Below, piece after piece: positions 22,201 to 32,916 of a DNA stretch of 64,000 nucleotides. Source of the DNA: Obrimoposthia wandeli (Eukaryota). The position numbers and the translations under genes are program-made. How positions within the stretch are numbered: position 1 is the stretch's first letter; every line of letters begins with the position of its first letter. The stretch spans positions 186,001-250,000 of the forward strand of contig CDROCS010000678.1 of the NCBI GenBank assembly GCA_977020255.1, given 5' to 3'. Below the pieces are notes generated by a model that had not been told where the DNA came from, did no database searches, and was given only the letters and a program-made list of their open reading frames with translations.

Positions 22201-23338
22201 ATGATAATTTTTATATGGGATTTTATTGTCACTATTATCTACTAAAAAATGAATTAAATCCTTAAAAGGAGACGTGTTTGGGCTGCCGAGCGGTGTAAAA
22301 GGATATTGTTTATAAATTACAAATATTTAGTGTTATTGCTTTTGTTATTGTTGTTATTGCTGTTATTTTTTTAAAGTAGATGATAACAACTTCATTTCGG
22401 AGCCGCCTAAAACGGGGAGCCATTCGTCCGAAGACAGTGCAGCAGTATTAACATTATTAAAAAAATTCAAATTATGCATTATAAAATATATAATAATAAT
22501 AGACACAAGAGATAATAACACAAGAGAATTTAGAGAATCAAGAGAGTCACAATAGCTTCGTCAATAGCTTCTTGAAATCTTCAACTTAGAATCTAAACTT
22601 ATTGTCACAATCTAAAATTTTTGCTTCAATCTAAACTTCTTGTCGCAATTTAAACTTATTGTGCAAATATAAGCTTCTTGATAATATCTGCAAATAAATC
22701 TAAATTAAAATCTCAAAAATATTCTTTCGCAAAAAATCGTCAAATAGGGACCATAAAAATGTTATTGTTTATATCAAAATAAACACCCACAACGTAATAT
22801 ATTGTAAAAAACTTACAAAAAAAATTTCGATACTAAACGCCTACAACTTAGTATATTAAAAAAATATTTTATTTTAGATTTGTAAAAATTATTTTTTAAA
22901 TCTTTAATTTCATTTAAAATATTGATTTTTAAATAAAACTCTTTGCATAATTTAAATCTATATAAATCTATATAAATTTTGGATTCTAAAAAGATTATTA
23001 ATGTGTAAAAAATTATTTATAGTTGTTTGTTTTATGTAATTTAGTATGATCATATAGTATTTTTAGGATTTTTAAATTTTCAATTAATATTTTTTAAAGG
23101 TTTATTATTTTTTTTCATAAAACTAATTTGTAAAAAAACTAGTAATTTGTAAAAAACATGTAATTTGTAAATGTATTTTAAAAATTTTATTGAAATTATT
23201 ATTATTTATAATCTATATATACTTTTTTAAAATAAATCGTTTAAATTCGTAAAATGTTATTAAGAAACTTGATGATACAACCATAAAAGACATAATGAAC
23301 CACAATTAGAAGTTAATGGGTTTTGCATACGAGTTTTA

Positions 23339-23620
23339 TTATAGAATACGTTTCCCTTGAATTTTCACATGTCTGATTAGTGCTGATGGATAATAAAATC
23401 CTAGAGGGCCAAACACGTGTACACTATCACGTCTCATGAATATCGCAATCTGGAGTTCACTAGGTAAATTACTCATATGAGTATTTGCAACATATCTCCC
23501 AGGCTTTAGAGTCGGTATTTTATCCATAGGAACCACTCCTTTGAATTTATGTTCAATAATTCAATTCCTACAGTATTAACCTGTTTAGAACTACATTAAT
23601 TAAGATCAATAAATACTAAC
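23339..23620 (-). pseudogene. Adenain-type cysteine protease, degenerate
   Basis: GRYVANTHMSNLPSELQIAIFMRRDSVHVFGPLGFYYPSAL; the catalytic GEHW is decayed. Directly downstream of the capsid gene. Confidence 0.75.
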
Positions 23621-23627
23621 ACTTACT

Positions 23628-24480
23628 TCATCCTACAACTGCACGTTTGCCTTTAGTTACTTGAATTTCAGTATCGAAAACACTGTAAATTATAATGTTT
23701 GACGGATGTGCCAATCCTTTGAGAAATTTTACGTCAAGTCTTATATTACCTTGTCTCGGTAATTGATGTTAATTTATATCAAAGTCGGGGGCCAATACGA
23801 ATGTAAAAAATGGATAACGCTCATTAAAATCTGTAGATGTTATACCTATGTTTATATTCTTATCCAATAATCCCATGTTTTTAATCAGTGATTGAATATA
23901 CGCAAACATGAACTCATCTTTTTTAAATTTTATAGTGTACGTTTCAACAAATTAGTGTTTCAACTAAGGGAAATTGAACCGACATTGCAATGATCAAATT
24001 CTGAAGAATCTGTTGCACTAGACCAGAGGTTCCCCTTGCGGTAACCCCTTGATAAGATTTACCAAGTTGCGGTGACCCCAAGGATAAAATAATTTATCAA
24101 CACAACAATTTGTTATATTTTAACTACAAAAAATTTATTGGCACAATGTAAACAACTTAAAACAATTAAAATTTTTTTTTAAAAAAAAGACCTTGCTGCC
24201 TTAGGCGACTTCAGGCAAATTGTCAGGCGACCCCAGTTGTGGTCGCGACCCACAGGTTGGGAAGCGCTGCACTAGACCCATCCATTTTAGGATTATGTTG
24301 AAATGTAACCAAAATAAATTTAGGTAATTGCTCATCATCAAAAATAGGTGATTTATAAAATGTTGTAGCGCCTTTAGGTAGTGAATAATGTACAATTACC
24401 CCCGTCTGTATGGATAAACCGTATTTTGAGTTTCCAAATCAACATTATGAGCCATCAATACTGATGGTTCAACTCTTACA
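23628..24480 (-). pseudogene. Polinton major capsid protein, C-terminal part, interrupted by a MITE
   Basis: VRVEPSVLMAHN...YSLPKGATTFYKSPIFDDEQLPKFILVTF...FVLAPDFDINQHQLPRQGNIRLDVKFLKGLAHPSNIIIYSVFDTEIQV. Confidence 0.85.
24024..24269. mobile_element. hAT (Charlie-like) MITE, 246 bp
   Basis: Perfect 8-bp TSD CACTAGAC (24016-24023 and 24270-24277). Imperfect TIRs CAGAGGTTCCC and GGGAAGCGCTG. Confidence 0.85.
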
Positions 24481-24499
24481 ACGAATAACAATTTGATTT

Positions 24500-26230
24500 A
24501 AAATTTCATTTATTTATTTGAAGGATAACTAACAATATTGGCCCATCGTCCACTGGAGATGGCAGAATCTCGTGCCGTTCAATCGCCACCTCGGCAGCAA
24601 AGAGCATACTGGTGGTAGATTTCCTTGACCTCTTCATCTTGCGCACCACTGCTCACTGCTTAGATCTGTGTGCGATAGGAGTAGCCACTCCCAACCATTC
24701 CTCACTAACCAGTAACCTGGCTCCTGCATAAAAAAACAATTATGAAATTTAAAAATATATATTAAAATTTTACCCTAATAACACCTCTCTAGATGTGAGC
24801 AGACTGGTGGTTGCTTTTCTCACCTTCTTCGTATTGTGCACCACAGCCTTCTGCTCCCACCTTGGTGAGATTGTAATAGGCTCTTCCAGCCACTCATCAA
24901 TTATCAGCGCTGGTTCCTGCAACAAAAACATACCGGTAATATAGAAGTAGTTGTTTCTATCCTCTTCTAAAATAGCTGTACTGGTTCCTGCATTACTAAA
25001 AAAATATCTTATTAAACTTAAATATATATTAGTTATTTACCTCAATAACATGCAAGTTTGCTTGTTTCATCAGCTTGGCCTTCTTCCTCCGGAATGTCTG
25101 CGTTTTAATTTAATGCTTTTTTGATTTTCGCATCACCGCTTGTTTCCAGTTCACAGGTAGTATAAAAAGAGCTTGTTCCAGCATCTTATCAACTTGCTTC
25201 ACCTGGTCGGCTTACTATGTGAATAATTAAATATACTTTCTAATTTAAAATATTTTACCTTAATATTATCCAGATATTTGAGGTCACTCCTTGGTACCTC
25301 TTGCTTTCGTTGGCTCGCCAAGATTTCCGGTCCAAGAAGCCTCTCTGATAAAGTAACAGACAGTGTGATATCCAATTGAAGTTTCTGAGAAAAACATTTA
25401 AAAAATATAAAACATGTGAAATAAATAAATAATCAAACATAATTCGTTGCCTTTATTTTCCTAATTTGTATCACAAGAGATTGTGGTCTTCTGAATACTT
25501 CTAGCACCGTATCGTCTGTGTTTGGAGTCGGAGTATATGTAACAGCATAAGTCAGACCATCCTATTCACCAATGAACAGATGTAACTCATCTTCGTCCAT
25601 CTCAGCAATCATTAACTCATTTCTGGCTGCAGCATTTTCATTAATTGCAATACTTGGGTGAGATTGGCTCACTCGTCGATGAATATAGTCAAGTCCTCCT
25701 GATTCGATTGTACCTCATCACTGTAGAGCATCTCATAGACTCTGGTGCGAGGACTTTATCCGGTTGATACAACAGGATCATCTTCCAGTGACGTTTTATG
25801 ACAACCTTAGAATTTTCAAGTATCATGCTCCTCTTCCTCATCGGTTTTCTTTGCTGCTTCTGCCAAAGTTGATGGATGGGTAGTGGGTTCTGCATTCCGC
25901 CGATCAGTACTGTTTTTTCAAATTTTCTATCAAATCCTAGCTTAGCAGATCGATATATTTGGATATATGTACTCCTTCTCTTGTTGCCATTGGTTCTCTC
26001 GAAGTCGAGCTGGCGAGAGGTTTGTCCAGCTCTGGAATTATCATACTAGCTGGCGCTTCTACTTATCCGTCTCCTTTTTCTTCTCCTTTGCTCACCACCG
26101 ACAAGTCTTGACTAAGTAAGTCAATGTACTGTGACGGGGATGGCATTTGCTGCTGTACTGGAGAGAGATCTCCACACAGCTCTACTTTAATATCTTCGTT
26201 CATATATACGTTGTTAAAAAAACATGATTT
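24500..26230 (-). pseudogene. Exon-repeat gene family copy 3 (longest, multi-exon), degenerate
   Basis: PSPSQYIDLLSQD, a second YIDLLS*D, AEMDEDELHLFIGE*DGLT, and several EP...-starting K/R-rich exons with AT-rich introns. Confidence 0.65.
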
Positions 26231-26274
26231 TTATTCATGAAAAATAATGAAAATTGGTCTCCTTATGGCAGTAT

Positions 26275-26845
26275 CAGCGAGTATTCAATCCTAGCTAGAA
26301 ATGGCCGGGTAGAATGGGGGCAGAATTGGACGAGGACGAGGGGCACCTGTTCACCGACGATTGGGATGGTGTCACTCCCTCTGCAACTCCAACTCCGCAG
26401 TACTTGGCGAGTCAATGTAGCCAGGATGATCCAAGGAGTGAGCAGCGATACCTACCGACTCCGGATAAAATTGAGGTAAATTATTATAAATTAGAATTTT
26501 AATTAATCACATAAGAAGGTGAATTGATGGAGGAAATTTTGGAGGAGGCCACTCTCAGACTACCCGTCGATAGGAAGCAAGCAGCGTTTAAGAAACCTCG
26601 ACGCCATCGGGTCAAAACCCACATGGCTAACCTGCCTGTCATTGAGGTAAATTATTTATATGTTTAAATTTTATTGATGCTTTTTGTTGCAGAACCAATA
26701 CAATTAACTGAGGAAACATGGGGCAAAAACGCCGAAACGAACAAAGCGGGCTGCTGTACGGAAGACAAGGCGCCTTAAAAAGGCAAAATCTTGTCTGCTC
26801 AAATCGACCGAGGTATCGATAGAGCGGCAGGAAAAACTTTCGACA
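26275..26845 (+). pseudogene. Exon-repeat gene family copy 4, head-to-head with copy 3
   Basis: AELDEDEGHLFTDDWDGVT...QYLASQCSQDDPRSEQRYLPTPDKIE, followed by exons homologous to 638-802 and 849-1025. Truncated at about 26845. Confidence 0.7.
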
Positions 26846-26899
26846 AATTTATAAGATATTTAGAAGTAACAATGGAGATCTCTTTCAGAAACAACAAAG

Positions 26900-27140
26900 C
26901 GTTTATTACGACAAAGAATAATATAAAATGCATCTTAGGAGTAACAGAGTGATGGTATATTTGAAATTTATGCTCCGAATCTTTGCAGAAATCTACCGAT
27001 AAATATAAGAAACTGTAACAGTGTTAGAAAAATTTAAAAAGCAGTTGGAAACTTTATTATTCAGAAAAATAACAAACAATAATGGAAAATAGGAAGCACT
27101 TTTGAGTAATAAATAAATAGATTTATTAGATATTAGCGTT
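26900..27140 (+). mobile_element. CR1/L2-like LINE 3' fragment, degenerate
   Basis: Nucleotide homology to 28846-29030 (APNL..NLP.NIRNC..V.KFK pattern). Confidence 0.45.
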
Positions 27141-27189
27141 GTATTAAATATATTATTGTAATTATTGAAGGTTTTCGACAAATGTTTTA

Positions 27190-27600
27190 TCCAATTCCGC
27201 ATGATCACCATCTTCAATTTGGGATCATTGAAGATGAAACTGTCTATGACATTTTATCCTCTTCCATGGCGATCAGACACTAAATTGGGGCATCTATGCG
27301 GAACCCCAAGAACAGCACAATCAGTTCCAAAAGCCTTTGCTTTTTATTGCTTTTGATGGAGTTGGAAAATTTTCAAAAGAGTACACAGTCAAAGTTGCTA
27401 CTCTTAATGCAGTAATTTCGTTAAAATGTTCTGGAGAAATTTCTTTGGAATACATTAACAAAAATATTTTCACTAAAATATTTTAACCGCTTACTTCAGT
27501 TAAAGCAAGATTGAAAATGTGGTCCCATCTGGATACTCTCCAGATTTAAATCAATGTGACATATGGCTCAACAAAGATATAAAGGAAAATACATAAACCT
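27190..27600 (+). mobile_element. pogo/Tc1-type DDE transposase relic
   Basis: GIIEDETVYDI, then KPLLFIAFDG, then VPSGYSPDLNQCDIWLNKDIK, across frameshifts and stops. Confidence 0.45.
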
Positions 27601-27916
27601 GCATAGATTTTCTGTTAGACCTGACATAAGATCGTCCGATAAAAGAATTTGTAGAATGCAGAGTCGCTGTCTGGATGTTATTGAATGTGATGGAAACAGG
27701 ACCGTTTTATGAAATTACATTTATGATACATTTATTTTGGTCTTCAGTTTGTTAGAGCCGAGGCTGGCCTGTCATGCCAATGTTACGATGTTAAAGCAAC
27801 TGTATTTTCAGCGCTCAGTGTAGATTTAGGAATGCATTTAGATTCAGATCAACATGAAAAGTGCAGTTCAGTTTCATAGAAATTGTGAATATTATCAGTA
27901 AAAAATAAATGCAGAC

Positions 27917-28528
27917 TTACTTCTTTATGCATTCAACTGCAGAAGAAACTGTCATAACCTCGCTGCATCCAACATTGCTAAGATCGTCATTGAATATCGC
28001 CAGCTTGGCAAAGAAAGTGTTTTCATTCTTCGTCGATGAACCATTTGACAGCAAGCAAACAGTAGAGCACCTGGTATCTTGGCATGGAATATCATGGAAC
28101 ATTTTTGAGTCTGGTAAGTACGCTACACAATCCTGTTTCTGATTAGCATTATTCGGCTCAGCTGAACCCCACAAATTTGTCTCCAGAAATTCGCTGCCAT
28201 CAAAGTGTCTCCAACCCGTATTAGCATTGCCTCTCTCATGCAACAAATCCGTCACATCTGCGAAGTGGGGAATATGACCAAACAAGTCAACGACATCCCC
28301 TAAGTCAGTGGGTCGTGGGAGAACTCCATTCAGGCTGCGACACTTCTTTATGTGCTCACAAATCCCGGCCAAATTATAATCAGCAGCGTGGTAACATTTG
28401 CCTGTTGTGCTGCTCTTCAAGTACGGGGGTACACATTGACCCGCTACACAGACAATCTCCAGAACTATCTTCAACAAGTCAACTAGCAACATCGTATTGG
28501 AAATAATGTCCATAAACAAAATTTTCAT
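27917..28528 (-). CDS. Secreted C-type lectin, exon 1 intact; terminal exon not found
   Basis: Signal peptide and a full CTL domain with WGSAEPNNANQKQDC and FHDIPC. Linker ending ECIK, with a GTAAGT donor at about 27920. Upstream region duplicated at 13560-13860. Confidence 0.8.
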   Translation of the reverse strand: MKILFMDIISNTMLLVDLLKIVLEIVCVAGQCVPPYLKSSTTGKCYHAADYNLAGICEHIKKCRSLNGVLPRPTDLGDVVDLFGHIPHFADVTDLLHERGNANTGWRHFDGSEFLETNLWGSAEPNNANQKQDCVAYLPDSKMFHDIPCQDTRCSTVCLLSNGSSTKNENTFFAKLAIFNDDLSNVGCSEVMTVSSAVECIKK

Positions 28529-28845
28529 TTATATTTGACACCGTGATTTCTTGTTTATGATAAATCCATTTGTTATAGGACAATTGGGACAGTCCCATTG
28601 TCAAATTTACGGATTTTCTTCAATTAAATGAAAAGAGAAATAACACAGTTAAAGAATTTTCATTTAAAACTGAATTTATATTTTCAAATGTTGCTGCTAT
28701 AATAGATAAATTTATAATTTTAAACATACCAGAATTGAATTCAGCATTCTACTTGTTATAAGAAAATGTATTCTCTCAGAAACGCCTAAATGTTTATATC
28801 TTCTTCTCGATCCTGGAGCAGTGAATTCTCAAATAGCAAACAGAA

Positions 28846-29030
28846 TGATGGAATATTGGAAATTAAGGCTCCGAATCTTTACAACAATCTACTGATGAAT
28901 ATAAGAAACTGTGACAATGTTGAAAAATTCCAAAGACTTAACTATTCAGAAAATACTACGAAGAATAATGGAAAACATGAAGTGCCTTTGAGGAACAAAT
29001 CAAAGACTTATTGGATATCAGCGAATATAT
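28846..29030 (+). mobile_element. CR1/L2-like LINE 3' fragment
   Basis: IKAPNLYNNLLMNIRNCDNVEKF...RNKSK resembles the C-terminal N.LP..IR......FK tail of CR1/L2 ORF2. Confidence 0.5.
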
Positions 29031-30069
29031 TATTGTGGTTGTTGTTACTTTTAAACGAAAATATATTTTACAGAATTCAATGTTATCACGTTCAAAAGCA
29101 TTCGACACAATCTGTTTTGTATTCAATTGAATCCTCCAACACCTTTATATAACGTAATTTATTTGTGTCTTTAAATGTAACAGGATATGTAATTCAAACG
29201 TAACCCAGCTTTCCAATTTATACCGTTATTTGTAACTATCATACGGTATAACCAACGTAAACGTGGCTGAAATAAAGAATAAATAACATTTTCTTAGATT
29301 AAGACAACAAATATCTTTGAAGAGGACATAACAGAAGATGACTGACAAAATGATGAATACTATGTACAAAATGTAAACTAGCATGAAAACTTTACATTTA
29401 TCAAAACGCGATGCATGTAGCTAGTTCTATGTTAAAATTCTTTTGAGTATTCAATACAGATATAATAATTTTACATATTACATATTACGAAATATGGAAT
29501 ATTTGGAATGTTTCAATATAGATCAGTCACAAAATTGTATAATGCTGCAACATCTGAGATTTTATTACAAAATTAGGAATAAAGTTTGATATTAAAAAAT
29601 AATGGTACTTTTTATTGATGGAGGGGTATCAAGTATTAAAGCAACTTCGATAAACCAGAGCTGACAACATTTTGATCAATAAATTAAAAAGTTTTAAAAA
29701 AAAAATAATGTATTTATTTATAAAATATTTTTGATACAATATAAAAATTCTTATATTAGCGATTTGAATATTTTATTTGAATATCTTTAAACAAATTCAA
29801 TTTTATTATATTTAATATGTCTAACTTTTGAATATTTTTGTTGTAATTATTATATCGTCACTCCCTTCATATGCGAAACTATCGATAGAGAACTCTAAAA
29901 ATGAATAACTGTATGAACAGCTTTTTCAAGGTATGAAACTAAAATCCTATGACACAATTAACTCAATCGTTTAGTTGATTCAGTATAAAGGATTTCAATG
30001 AAATGTTGGTAGTGACTCATAACAATGCTCATTAGATTCCGAAAAAAAACGCAACAGTTTACCCCCGGT

Positions 30070-30280
30070 GGAAAGTACAGTAGTCAAGGTAGCGAACTAT
30101 AATTCTAAGATAAGGCGCATAGGATACTTGAATTCTAGATGGATTTTGAGCAGGTCCCTACGATTCTTGGCTTACCATTTAGCTTTTAAAATTCACCAAT
30201 TTGTCCGCACATGTACCAACCGTACCATACCACTGCCACAAAATCACTATATAGCACTTTATGACTTATTTAAAGTAATG
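30070..30280 (-). repeat. Reverse copy of the conserved Polinton subterminal block
   Basis: Reverse complement of the block at 12300-12520, 46880-47100 and 57175-57380. Confidence 0.8.
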
Positions 30281-30312
30281 TATACGTGTGTTTTCAACCC
30301 TTCACACACACC

Positions 30313-30457
30313 AGTAAGTGGATGTGTCCTGTCTAATCCACACCCCCACTCCCTCCCCTGTCCTTTAAAACTGTGCATGTGTGTGGAGTGAAATTTCGTG
30401 TAGGTGTGTGGAGTGAAATTTCACTCCACACACATGCATGGTTTTAAAGGACAGGGG
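30313..30457 (+). repeat. Polinton left terminus with a fold-back inverted repeat
   Basis: Starts AGTAAGTGGATGTGTCCTGTCTAATCCAC. 39-bp arms at 30355-30393 and 30419-30457 (2 mismatches). Perfect palindrome GTGTGTGGAGTGAAATTTCACTCCACACAC. Confidence 0.75.
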
Positions 30458-30490
30458 GGGGGCAAAAGTTTTTTTCGCGCCTATTGGCGC

Positions 30491-30706
30491 GAAAGGCTCG
30501 GGACTGGTGTATATCACAGACTTCCTTGGGTGATGGGTGAAAGGCTCGGGACTGGTGTATATCACAGACTTCCTTGGGTGATGGGTGAAAGGCTCGGGAC
30601 TGGTGTATATCACAGACTTCCTTGGGTGATGGGTGAAAGGCTCGGGACTGGTGTATATCACAGACTTCCTTGGGTGATGGGCGAAAGAATCGGGACTGGT
30701 ATATAT
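30491..30706 (+). repeat. 48-bp tandem array (about 4.5 units)
   Basis: Unit GAAAGGCTCGGGACTGGTGTATATCACAGACTTCCTTGGGTGATGGGT. Confidence 0.95.
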
Positions 30707-30744
30707 CACGGTCGGTGGACGTTGGGCGTTAGGCCGGTGGTGAT

Positions 30745-31355
30745 NNNNNNNNNNNNNNNNNNNNNNNNNNNNNNNNNNNNNNNNNNNNNNNNNNNNNNNN
30801 NNNNNNNNNNNNNNNNNNNNNNNNNNNNNNNNNNNNNNNNNNNNNNNNNNNNNNNNNNNNNNNNNNNNNNNNNNNNNNNNNNNNNNNNNNNNNNNNNNNN
30901 NNNNNNNNNNNNNNNNNNNNNNNNNNNNNNNNNNNNNNNNNNNNNNNNNNNNNNNNNNNNNNNNNNNNNNNNNNNNNNNNNNNNNNNNNNNNNNNNNNNN
31001 NNNNNNNNNNNNNNNNNNNNNNNNNNNNNNNNNNNNNNNNNNNNNNNNNNNNNNNNNNNNNNNNNNNNNNNNNNNNNNNNNNNNNNNNNNNNNNNNNNNN
31101 NNNNNNNNNNNNNNNNNNNNNNNNNNNNNNNNNNNNNNNNNNNNNNNNNNNNNNNNNNNNNNNNNNNNNNNNNNNNNNNNNNNNNNNNNNNNNNNNNNNN
31201 NNNNNNNNNNNNNNNNNNNNNNNNNNNNNNNNNNNNNNNNNNNNNNNNNNNNNNNNNNNNNNNNNNNNNNNNNNNNNNNNNNNNNNNNNNNNNNNNNNNN
31301 NNNNNNNNNNNNNNNNNNNNNNNNNNNNNNNNNNNNNNNNNNNNNNNNNNNNNNC
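30745..31355. other. Assembly gap
   Basis: Run of N. Confidence 1.
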
Positions 31356-31680
31356 TTTCACCCAAACCCATCAACTTTCACCCAACACCCTTCGACTTTC
31401 ACCCAACACCCATCGACTTTCACCCAACACCCATCAACTTTCACCCAACACCCATCGACTTTCACCCAACACCCATCGACTTTCACCCAACACCCATCGA
31501 CTTTCTCCCAACACCCATCGACTTTCAGCCATCATCCAAGGAAGTCTGTGATATACACCAGTCCCGAGCCTTTCAGCCATCACCCAAGGAAGTCTGTGAT
31601 ATTTACCAGTCCCGAGCCTTTCGCCCATCACCCAAGGAAGTCTGTGATATACACCAGTCCCGAGCCTTTCACCCATCACT
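31356..31680 (-). repeat. 21-bp array followed by inverted 48-bp units
   Basis: About 8 units of ATCGACTTTCACCCAACACCC, then about 3 reverse-complement 48-bp units. Confidence 0.95.
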
Positions 31681-32475
31681 TTATTTAAGATATTTAACTT
31701 AGAGTTATAATAATTAGGTTTGTATATACATTTGTTTAAATACATCAAAAGGGATAATATAAAAATGGCGGAAATTTTTAAAAAAATGTTAGAATTTATC
31801 ATTTTACAGACTTTTATCAAAATCTAAAGGGGGTGTTCAAAGCATAAATTGTAACAACAACAAAAGTACAAGTGAGTTAATATATTGTAATATTCTATAA
31901 TTTTTAACATTTGTATTTTAGTAGTTATTAGTTGAACTTGAAGTATTCTTTTTTAAATAAATTATTTATATTTTAAAAATATCAAATAGTACTTGTTAAT
32001 ATGAATTGCTTTGCGTTTGAAACTATTTTCGTCATTGTTTAAATACATTAATTGTAATCAATAAAAAAACGCGCAATTTTTAAATTTTAATAAATTAGTT
32101 ATTTTTTCTAAAGTTACAGTTAGATTATAGAATAATGCTATTAGGCTGACGGACATACATCAATGGATTCGATGAATAACTTGTAGTAAGATGAATATTT
32201 ATCAAATTATTAATTATTTTATAATGGCTTTTAAACAAAAAAATAAAATATTAAAAAAAAATTAATATTTTCTAAAAAATTTTAACAGAAAATAAAATTG
32301 TTTACAGAATTTTTATAGTTTAAAAATAAAATTTTACACATAATTTTTATACTTTAGAATTAAAATTTTAAACTTAGAAAAATACAAAGACGAATTGGAT
32401 ACAAATATTTATTAAACCAAAGAGAAAAATTAGGTACAATAAATTTGTGACATAAATTCAAACATAGAATAACAA

Positions 32476-32916
32476 TTATTCAAGTGAAAAAACATATGGA
32501 TATCTGTGATGTCCATAGACAACTGAACGGTTTTTCTCTATCCATTTTCTCTTATCGTCATTGCTACTCAATGCAATCTTACTCATATTTACGGTATAGA
32601 GCTGGTAATTAATTGAACTAATGCGTTGTTGTTGCACTCGTTCACTAACCCCACTCTCATATGCAGCTAAATAATTCGCATGGCGTAGCACAGTCTGCTT
32701 AAGGCTAATTCCCTTTGCTCTCATCTGGAACTTTCCGTCTATAGTTTCTAAGCTATATGATTTGGGGCGTAAAAATACCCATTGCTTATATCTACATTGC
32801 TTACTCTCATCCTTAAACTTGCCTATCGCAGAATTGGCTAAAGGATGGTTTATAGAAAATTTTGATGTGTCTAATAACCCATCTGAAATCAATGCTGACA
32901 ACAGTGTAACTTGCAC
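32476..32916 (-). pseudogene. Protein-primed PolB C-terminal fragment (copy A)
   Basis: LDTSKFSINHPL...IGKFKDE...FLRPKSYS...RAKGI...KIALSSNDDKR...YGH. Stop-free but 5'-truncated. Confidence 0.9.

Noticed and set aside
22560-22710. Degenerate ~20-bp repeats reading CDKKF / CDNKF on the minus strand (C2H2-like)
   Set aside because: No His pairs and several stops. Cannot be distinguished from a decayed minisatellite.
30404-31820. Long ORFs with ERLGTGVYHRLPWVMG, PIDFHPT and ESRWVLG repeats
   Set aside because: Artefacts of stop-free 48-bp and 21-bp tandem units and of N runs. No start context or coding evidence.
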